Translations under genes and position numbers: made by a program
IMG/VR virus record: IMGVR_UViG_3300042351_000704
Location: 32,001-96,000 of that record
Reading direction: 5' to 3' (one strand)
Length of the DNA: 64,000 nt
Origin: a virus
In this document: positions 8,634-17,400 of the stretch, one piece after another
How positions within the stretch are numbered: position 1 is the first letter of the stretch
Layout of the letters: every line of letters begins with the position of its first letter
The notes under the pieces: model-generated
What the model was told of the DNA's origin: nothing
Databases searched by the model: none
What the model saw: the letters and a program-made list of their open reading frames with translations, nothing else

Positions 8634-9530
8634 ATGAAGACAGAACCTAAATACCGTACGTTCGATGAGCTGCTCAATGAGGTGGCTACTGACTTTGTAC
8701 AATATAATAACGAAGGGATGATAGAACCTGGCCAGCTGATTAAGGTGGCTCAAAGGGTAAACTATGACCTGGGACTGCGCATACACGGTACTAAAGAAAA
8801 AGTGCTGGATATAGAAAAGAGTAAGACCAGATTACCGGATGATTTTTACGTGTTGAACTATGCTTTCCTCTGTGGTAAGTATACGGTGACACAACCTATT
8901 CTTCAAGGTCGTCACACTGAAAACGTGATACTTGATCCTGAACAGTGTAAAACAGTAAATCCTGAAACGCTGTGTAATAAATGTGGCGAGGTGGATACTA
9001 CTTGTTACTGTGAAAAGACTTACACCGTGGAATGCAAGACCGGAGAAAAGGTGTATGTACAGGTGGTGGAAAAGCGTGGCTTTGAAACAAAGACTTACGA
9101 GACATTTGACCGCATACATATCAGCACTTCTACTGGTAGAAAAGACGCTTTAGACAACAGAGGTAACAACGGCTATATTAAAAATGGTTTTATCTACACC
9201 AACCTGGAGCAGGGTAAACTATACATTTCTTATCAGGGAGCCCTGGAAGATGAAGAAGGTAACCTGCTGGTGCTGGATCACCCAATGATCAACGAGTATT
9301 ATGAATACGCCATTAAGCAACGCTTACTGGAAAACTTATTTATGAACGGGGAAGATGTAGCAGCAAAGATGCAGCTGGTAGAACAGCGTCTTCGTGCTGC
9401 ACGCAACAACGCCCTTACCATTGTAAACACTCCTGACTTTGCAGAGATGAAAGCTCTGTGGGAAATGAACCGCAAGGCACAGTATGGCAAGTACTACGAC
9501 ATGTTTAAATCAACCTCTTATGGTGTCTAA
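8634..9530 (+). CDS. Putative tail ring/tubular protein with Cys-rich insertion
   Basis: Synteny. YIKNGFIYTN...G.LYISY.G...DEEGNLLVLD segment is typical of crAss-like ring proteins. Confidence 0.55.
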   Translation: MKTEPKYRTFDELLNEVATDFVQYNNEGMIEPGQLIKVAQRVNYDLGLRIHGTKEKVLDIEKSKTRLPDDFYVLNYAFLCGKYTVTQPILQGRHTENVILDPEQCKTVNPETLCNKCGEVDTTCYCEKTYTVECKTGEKVYVQVVEKRGFETKTYETFDRIHISTSTGRKDALDNRGNNGYIKNGFIYTNLEQGKLYISYQGALEDEEGNLLVLDHPMINEYYEYAIKQRLLENLFMNGEDVAAKMQLVEQRLRAARNNALTIVNTPDFAEMKALWEMNRKAQYGKYYDMFKSTSYGV

Positions 9531-9894
9531 AACTCCCAAGGTGCAAACCACTGTTCAGCTGCCAATGTATAACTGCAAGGTGGTAATGACAGTAGTGGAA
9601 AATGTCAAGCTTGAAGTAGAAAAACTATACAAGAAACACAAGATAAAAGAAGAGTTTGATGATGAAGCGGAAGGAGCTGTAGTAATGCCTGGTATGGATA
9701 CGTACTATTTACTGCTGGGACAAGCTTACCTCACACATAACACCATTGCACACGAGATATTTCATGCCGCTGTTCGTGTAACAGAAGACAGGGGAATAGT
9801 AGATGAAGAAGCACAGGCCTGGTTAGGCGGACACCTTACCGGACACCTTTACAAATTTTTAGACAAGAAGAAGCTACCAATAAAACATGGCTGA
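9484..9894 (+). CDS. Small zincin-like (HExxH) protein; true start probably near 9520
   Basis: TIAHEIFHAA...DEEAQAW: HExxH plus a downstream Glu. Confidence 0.65.
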   Translation: MASTTTCLNQPLMVSKTPKVQTTVQLPMYNCKVVMTVVENVKLEVEKLYKKHKIKEEFDDEAEGAVVMPGMDTYYLLLGQAYLTHNTIAHEIFHAAVRVTEDRGIVDEEAQAWLGGHLTGHLYKFLDKKKLPIKHG

Positions 9895-12800
9895 ACAATC
9901 ACAGAATCCAGGGGCGGTAACTAATTCCTTTTCTAAAGGAATGGTCAAAGACTTTAATGACACCTTTGTCGGAGAGGGACTGTGGAGCCATGCTCGTAAC
10001 GCAGTGAATAATTCACATGACGGACAGGTAGGTGTAATTGGTAATGAGCCAGCCAACTTGCATTGCGTAACTCTTCCGTATGATCTTATAGGATGCATTC
10101 TGTTAACCGATGACCGCTGGGCCATCTTTACTACCAACGATATAGATTCTGAAATAGGCATCTTTGATGAATCAGCCTGCACGTATACTAAGGCAGTCAA
10201 TGACCGTTGCCTGAACTTTAAACGTTCTAACCTGATTACAGGTATCAGCCGCAGACGCTACGATTGTGAGCGTCCGGTGTATTGGGCAGATGGTCTGAAC
10301 CCGGACCGTTTCATTGACCTGGACAATATTCCATTTAAGTATACTGAAACTCTGGTAGATGGTTGCATACAACGCACCTTTACCAATCAGCTGGATTGTG
10401 AAAAGATCAGACTGGCTGCTTACATCAAGCATCCTTGCCTGGAACTCTCACAAGGAAAGGTGGCAGGTAGTCTGTTAAACGGATCTTACCAGGTAGCGAT
10501 TGCTTACACCATCAACGGATCCAGGGTGACTGATTACCTCGGCCTATCCGAAGTGCAGTCTTTGTTTACCCACGAGAACAACAACTCTTCTTTGGAATTG
10601 AAGGTGCTTTCTGTTGATACCACCTTTGATACGTTTGACCTGGCTCTGATATCAAGAGTTAATGAGCAAACCTTTGTACGTAAGATCGGAGAGTATTCTA
10701 CTTCTCAGGGTACTATCTACATTGACCGTATCGATTTTGAGACTCCTACTATTCCTATACAAAACATCCTGCTGCGTTCAGAGCCTATTGAAAAAAGTGA
10801 TGCCCTGTACAGCGTGAATGATTACGCGTTACGCGTGGGTGTATACAGCAAGTTTAAGTTTAACTACCAGCAGCAGGCTAATAAGATTAAGACCAGCTGG
10901 GTGGCAGTAGAATATCCTAATAACTATTACATCAAAGGAGGAAACAATACCAGTTACTTAAGAGATGAGCAGTATGCGTTCTTTATTCGTTTTATATACA
11001 ACACCGGTGAACGTTCAGAGTCTTACCATATACCAGGAAGAGCAGCTACATCTTTTGATACACAGAATATCACAGGTACAGATGTATACGAAAACCTTGA
11101 CGGCATTCAGCGTCAGCGCTGGCAGGTAGAAAACACTGCATCTGTAAACAGTATTAGCACAGCAGCACTACCAGACGGTGGAAAGGTGGTAGCCAGTGGA
11201 GAGATGGGTTATTGGGAAAGCACCGAGCTTTACCCGGCAGATAAACCCAACATTTGGGGAAACCTTTGTGGTAAACCAATTCGTCACCACAAGATGCCGG
11301 ATGTAACTATTACTGGTGGTGGTGTAGTGAATCACTTTACTACAGACGGTAAGATTGTGCTTTTAGGGGTGCAGTTTGATAACATTATAGCTCCTGTTGA
11401 CAACAACGGTCAGCCGATTGCTTCTATAGTAGGTTACGAGATCCTTCGTGGATCACGCCAGGGTAATAAGTCCATCATGGCAAAAGGTATGTTTAACAAC
11501 ATGCGTGAGTATACCATTCCTGGTAACACTACACTAAAAGGACTTTACCAGAACTACCCATACAATGATCTTCGTCCGGATCTTTATCTGTCTGACAGAA
11601 GAAGAATCAGCGGAGAAGGTGTAGTGAATGTAACAGAGAGTAACTCTCCTACATTAAAGACTTACAAAAAAGATGTCTTTTCTTTTCATAGCCCGGAAGT
11701 AACTTTTACCAATCCGTTCCTGAATGCTGATGAAGTAAAGATTTATGAAGAATTGCATGGTACTGCACGTGGTCAGTTTGAAGTTCCTTTCCGTCATCCG
11801 AAGTTTAAGGTGGCAACCAACTTTACAGCAGCTGTGGCCAGGATCTCCGGACTTATGGATGCAGTGGCTAAAGTGGGCAAGGGTATCAAGATTGCAGCCA
11901 CCGAGAATATTCCGATTGATATGCAGTTTGGTCCGATCGGTAAACCACCTGCATTTCCATCTGCATCAGGTGGAGAAATTACAGGTCCGTTGCAAACAGC
12001 AGCTGCCTGGGCTAAGTATGCCCTTGACCTGATTACCTGGGGTGTAGAGGTAGCAACCATAGTTTCTCTTATAGGAGCTCTTGCAGAAATACAGTCTGAG
12101 AAACTCTTTGAACTTTTCCGTATCCTGATTCCTAAGCGCCAGTATGCTGCACAGTATAACTCGCATGGTTTCTATGATAAGTTTATTATTTCTTTAGTCG
12201 GCAACAGAAGAAGAAAGATTCTTGACGCCAGCTATATGGCCGGATCTAACCTGCAGTATTTTAATGATAAGTATCAGGTGAACAACATTCACCGCAGCTC
12301 AGGACTGGTAATACAAACACATGCAGACATCAGTAATCCTACGGTAGTAGATAACAGCCGTACCACAATTTCTGATTCAGGTAAAGGACTTTACAATACA
12401 TTTAGTACTACCATTTCTTCACACTACGGAGCAGTAAAACTGTTAATGCCATCTCAATATGGTCAGCTTAATTCTATAAAGCAACTGAGCGTATCGGTTT
12501 GCATGCATCCGATGAAAGCAGATACTACAACCAAGCATTCTACAGGTGTGTTGTTTGGTGGAGATACTTACATCAACCGTTTTACAGAAAAGAATAGCAT
12601 GTTCTTTTTTAACAACTGGCTGATGGGTGAGCAGGATGATATCGAGTTTGATTACACCCAGTATATCAATGTGCCTTGGGCCCGTTACTGGTTACATAAT
12701 ACACAATACCACAGTACGTTCTTAAAAGCAGCTGATGATTTCAGAGCACTGGATGACAGGCAGTCTTCTGCATTTCACGTAAACCGTGGTTACTTCTATC

Positions 12801-14458
12801 TCTTTAATTCAGGCGTGCGTGACTTCTATGTAGAATCAGAAGTGAACGTAGCGTACAGAGACTGGGAAGATGACTTTAGCAGACGCCACTATGATCCGTT
12901 ACGTTATACAGATCTTAGCATGCTATTTCGCTCTGATATTATCAAGAGTGGAAACTACTATAAGTATGATTACTCTTTGAGTGTATCTAAGCTGTTCAAC
13001 TCCCAGATTACCTGGGGTGAATTACTACCAAGAGATTATGATCCCGAGGTGGCTGCTACCTGTTACACTTACAGACCTAACCGTGTATTGTATTCTTTAC
13101 AACAACAGGACAACTCTAAAGATGATAACTGGAGAGTATACCTGGCCAATAACTACCGTGACTTCCCTGCCAGGGTAACAGTAATCAAATCAGTGAATTC
13201 TACTGGTGCGTTATTTATGCTCAAAGACAGAAGCCCTCAGCTTTTTAGCGGAGAGGAGCAACTGAAGATGGACGGTACAGGCGCTGTGATCAGTATTGGT
13301 GATGGTAACTTATTTAACCAGCCTGGTCAGTTGAAGTCTATTGTCAATGCAGACCGCTCTTACGAGTATGGCTCTTGCCAGAGCAAGTATGCTCACCTGG
13401 GGAATGTATACGGTGTATTCTGGGTAAGCCAGGACCAGGGTAAAGTGTTCCAGTATGCCGGTGGTATCAATGAGATATCACGCGATGGTATGAAATACTG
13501 GTTTGCCAAATACCTACCAAGTGAATTACTAAAACTATACCCTGAATATCCACTGGCGGATAACCCGCTTGTTGGTGTAGGTGTACAAATGATCTATGAT
13601 AATACCAATGAGATTATCTACATCAGTAAGAAAGATTACAAGCCAAAGGTTAGTAACCTACTTTATGATGATAAAGGATTCTATTCTCTGGTAGGCACTG
13701 TAAAAACTTACCGTCCGTTTACCGATTCAACTGCATGGGAAGACGCCAGCTGGACTGTATCATATGATCCAAAATCAAAGACCTGGATCAGCTACCATGA
13801 CTGGAAACCTACGTTCCTGATACCTGGTAAGAATCATTTTATGAGTGTAAACCGTAACAGCATTTGGAAACACAACATGCGTTGCGATCTGTTCTGTAAC
13901 TACTACGGTGTTGACTATCCGTTTGAAGTGGAGTTTATTTCTTCTACCGGACAGCAAACGACTTCTCTTAGAAACATTGAGTTCCTGCTGGAAGCATACA
14001 AGTATCATAACAGCTGTGCAGATAAGTTCCATGTACTGGATGAAAACTTTGACCAGGCTATTGTCTATAACTCTGAGCAGATCTCCGGACTACTGGAGCT
14101 GAACTTAAAGAGCAAGACTAATCCGGTGTCGATGTTAAACTTCCCGCAAGTGGGACCACAGTCTATCAAGATCCTATACGCAAAAGAAGAACAGAAGTAC
14201 AGGTTTAACCAGTTCTGGGATATTACCAAGAACCGTGGAGAGTTCAGTGCAACAACCAATGTACCAATGTTTAATACCAGGGCTAACGGATATGAGTTCC
14301 CGATTAACCCTCAGTATGTAAACTATCAAAAGTCACCACTTGAGCATAAGAAGTTTCGTCATAACGTGAACCGTGTATTACTCCGTAAACTGAAGAGTGC
14401 AGACGTGAAGCTACTATTCAAACTATCTAACCAGAAAATATTACAATCACCGAGGTAA
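9887..14458 (+). CDS. Tail stabilisation / muzzle protein (crAss-like)
   Basis: 1523-aa beta-rich protein. N-terminal NSFSKGMVKD...ARNA, GGDTYI and WTVSY....W.SYHDW segments. Directly before the cargo genes. Confidence 0.75.
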   Translation: MAEQSQNPGAVTNSFSKGMVKDFNDTFVGEGLWSHARNAVNNSHDGQVGVIGNEPANLHCVTLPYDLIGCILLTDDRWAIFTTNDIDSEIGIFDESACTYTKAVNDRCLNFKRSNLITGISRRRYDCERPVYWADGLNPDRFIDLDNIPFKYTETLVDGCIQRTFTNQLDCEKIRLAAYIKHPCLELSQGKVAGSLLNGSYQVAIAYTINGSRVTDYLGLSEVQSLFTHENNNSSLELKVLSVDTTFDTFDLALISRVNEQTFVRKIGEYSTSQGTIYIDRIDFETPTIPIQNILLRSEPIEKSDALYSVNDYALRVGVYSKFKFNYQQQANKIKTSWVAVEYPNNYYIKGGNNTSYLRDEQYAFFIRFIYNTGERSESYHIPGRAATSFDTQNITGTDVYENLDGIQRQRWQVENTASVNSISTAALPDGGKVVASGEMGYWESTELYPADKPNIWGNLCGKPIRHHKMPDVTITGGGVVNHFTTDGKIVLLGVQFDNIIAPVDNNGQPIASIVGYEILRGSRQGNKSIMAKGMFNNMREYTIPGNTTLKGLYQNYPYNDLRPDLYLSDRRRISGEGVVNVTESNSPTLKTYKKDVFSFHSPEVTFTNPFLNADEVKIYEELHGTARGQFEVPFRHPKFKVATNFTAAVARISGLMDAVAKVGKGIKIAATENIPIDMQFGPIGKPPAFPSASGGEITGPLQTAAAWAKYALDLITWGVEVATIVSLIGALAEIQSEKLFELFRILIPKRQYAAQYNSHGFYDKFIISLVGNRRRKILDASYMAGSNLQYFNDKYQVNNIHRSSGLVIQTHADISNPTVVDNSRTTISDSGKGLYNTFSTTISSHYGAVKLLMPSQYGQLNSIKQLSVSVCMHPMKADTTTKHSTGVLFGGDTYINRFTEKNSMFFFNNWLMGEQDDIEFDYTQYINVPWARYWLHNTQYHSTFLKAADDFRALDDRQSSAFHVNRGYFYLFNSGVRDFYVESEVNVAYRDWEDDFSRRHYDPLRYTDLSMLFRSDIIKSGNYYKYDYSLSVSKLFNSQITWGELLPRDYDPEVAATCYTYRPNRVLYSLQQQDNSKDDNWRVYLANNYRDFPARVTVIKSVNSTGALFMLKDRSPQLFSGEEQLKMDGTGAVISIGDGNLFNQPGQLKSIVNADRSYEYGSCQSKYAHLGNVYGVFWVSQDQGKVFQYAGGINEISRDGMKYWFAKYLPSELLKLYPEYPLADNPLVGVGVQMIYDNTNEIIYISKKDYKPKVSNLLYDDKGFYSLVGTVKTYRPFTDSTAWEDASWTVSYDPKSKTWISYHDWKPTFLIPGKNHFMSVNRNSIWKHNMRCDLFCNYYGVDYPFEVEFISSTGQQTTSLRNIEFLLEAYKYHNSCADKFHVLDENFDQAIVYNSEQISGLLELNLKSKTNPVSMLNFPQVGPQSIKILYAKEEQKYRFNQFWDITKNRGEFSATTNVPMFNTRANGYEFPINPQYVNYQKSPLEHKKFRHNVNRVLLRKLKSADVKLLFKLSNQKILQSPR

Positions 14459-17400
14459 TGAGTCAGTTCCTAAAATATATTACTAAGAAGATGCGTGGTG
14501 GTGGAGACATTGGTTCTTTGCCAGGTGTTCTTTCTTTGTCTGCTATCCAGCAAAAGATCAAGCTTGAAAAGGACATTAAAAATCAGAAGGCTAGAAATGC
14601 TCAGGCTACTATTTCTCAGTACATTCCAAAGCCTGGAGATCAGCAGAGAATGAACAGAGCCAAAGATGCTTACCGTGCAGACCTTGCTAAGCCTTTAAAC
14701 AGGGCAGCAGAGTCTCAGCTGGCAGCCAATGCCTGGAGCAACATTGTAAAGCCTATGCTGGAAATGGAAGGGATTGCATCTGGTGTTAGTGGTGTACGCA
14801 GTATGCTGGCTAAACCAAAGAGAATACCTACCAGTTTTTATTCTGATCCGGTGATTACTAGAGGACCTATTCCTAACCCATGGGATGGTAAAGGAATACG
14901 CGTGGAGATGGAAGGATCTTTAGACGTACCAGAAGGTATGATGCCTTATATAGGTAGGGAAGAGTGGGTTCCGACTACACCTGCAGAAAAGGTGTGGGCA
15001 TCTTTTTTTAACGGAAAGGCAAGACCTATTCCTCCTCCATATAAAAAACAAAAAGGTGGAGCTTATGTAGACTCTGTCTTTAATGCTCCAAATAATAAAC
15101 AACTAGAATGGGTTCAAAGACTCTATCAAAAAAATGGTAAGAGTATTATGGTACCTGGACAAACTGAACCGTCTACACATTATATGGAAAGTGGTGATGG
15201 TCGTGTGTATCCAACTGTAGTAACAATGCCTGACGGTAGTTTAAAATATTTAGGTAAAGGTGCTTATGATTATGCAGACTCTACTAAAACTTACATAAAA
15301 TTTCCAACAGATAATCAAGCCAAGTGGTTTGGTAAGAACTATAAAAAAGGAACTGGTGTACTAGCTAAGAAAAAAGGCGGTCCTATAGTAGACCCTCGTG
15401 GTCAGTGGGCACATCCTGGAAAGGTTACACGTATACCAGGATCTGACATCACTATGCAAGGTGTACCTTATCCTGTATTAGGTGTAGGCTCTAATGGTCA
15501 ACAGCAAATGATGTATCCTGGTGAAAACTATGATTTTGGTGGTGCTGCGTATGTAGATGAGTACCCAATGATGCAGTTTGGTGGTGGAACATTACTTGGT
15601 CCTTCTGGAATGATAATGTCACTAGCTTCTAAAGTTGCTAACTATTTTTCTAAACCAAAAAGTTCGGGAACTAATAAACGCATGACGACATATGGTCAAA
15701 TGAATGATAGTTATGCTAATAGAAATAAAACTTTCTATGATAAGTGGCAAGCTAATGATGCAATAAAGTATGATAGTTCAGTGAACCCTATTAATTTAAC
15801 TTCTGGTCGTTTTAGAGGAGCTAAGGTAGCACCAGGAATGATTAATGATATAGTTAACGCAGCTAAAACTAATAATGTAGATCCATGGTTAATGTTATCT
15901 CTTGTAGGTAGAGAATCTACTTTTGGCGCAGACAAGGAGTATATTGACCACAGAGAAGGTAATAAACAAGACTTAATTTCAGGTTGGAATGTAGCAGAAG
16001 ATTATCAACCATATGAAGTAAATAGATACTTAGCTGATAAAAAAGTACCAGGTATTAAAGTAATTAAAAATAGTGATGGTTGGAGTTATGAAGTAGAAGA
16101 TGAACAAGCTATAGAAAGTTATCTAAAAAGTAATCCCAAACTTATAGATGATTATTATAAAAAATTAGCATCTACACCTGATCTTGGTAAACTAGATAGT
16201 TTTTCTCTTGCTGCTCAAAGGATTAAAAAGAAAGGGGTTAAGAATTACAATCCCGGTGATCCTAGATATTCTTCTATGGTAAATGAAGATATGAATCTTT
16301 TAAAGAATGATGCTGCATTAAAAGCATACATGAAAACTCTAGGATATAGACAAGGTGGAGAATTTGGTGGTGTTGTTAAGATGCAACGTGGTGGTAGATC
16401 TATGTTTGATCCTATATTTAAGGAGGATCCAAAGCTTAATAAAAACAGAGGTGATATAGCATCCTACTTTCCTCAGATACAAAGGATGAAGGATGAACCT
16501 AAGATAAAGGAGGCAATCGTTAAAGCTGATCAGAAAAGACAACAACAAATACTTGCAGAGGCAGTTGCTATAGGTAATAAAAACAGAACCACTGTTAAAC
16601 AAGATAATAGAACATCTAGAGAAAAAGAGATTGCTCAACAACAAGTTGTTAATGCATACTTGAATGAAGCTAAAGGTAAGTCTCCTTTTGCTCAAACATT
16701 AAGTTCTTTCACACCAACAGGATATAATCCAGAGGCTAGTAAGATAGCCGCTGAAAACATAGGACAAATGACTCCTATGATGGGAGCCACTAGATTATTT
16801 AACACTGTAAGAGATCCTGAAAATAACCCTTATGGTATTGGTCAAGGGAATGGATTTCTAGCAAATACATTAGGTACAATAGGATTACTTGGAGATGTTT
16901 TTGATGTAGGTGCTGTAGCTGCTCCTGGTGTAAAAGCTGCAGGTAATTATCTTACCCAACAAACACCTTTAAGAAATGCTCATAAGTTAAATCCTTATGC
17001 TTTAACTGATGATATGTTGTTTAACAAAGAAGGAGTTGTTAACAGACAAATGTTTGGAGATGATGCTTACAACAGTTTTTTAAAATTTGGTCCTACTACT
17101 AGACCAGGTGTTCCAGAAATGGATAAGTTTATGGAATTTATTAAAGCACCTAGATCACAAATAAGATCTGCAAATGATGAGGTGTTTGAGGTTGTAAACA
17201 CTATGGAAGATGGAGTATTTAAATATCCATATTTTCAAGAAGGTAGTCTTTGGTATACAGGACAGCAAAGAAATAATCTTGCTAAGGAATTAGGAAAAGA
17301 AAGAATTATAACAACTCCTAAGTCAGATATTTGGTTTGCACCAGCTGGAGAAGCTACATTAATGGGTGGTGATGATCTTGTTTCAAAAGGTTTAATAGAT

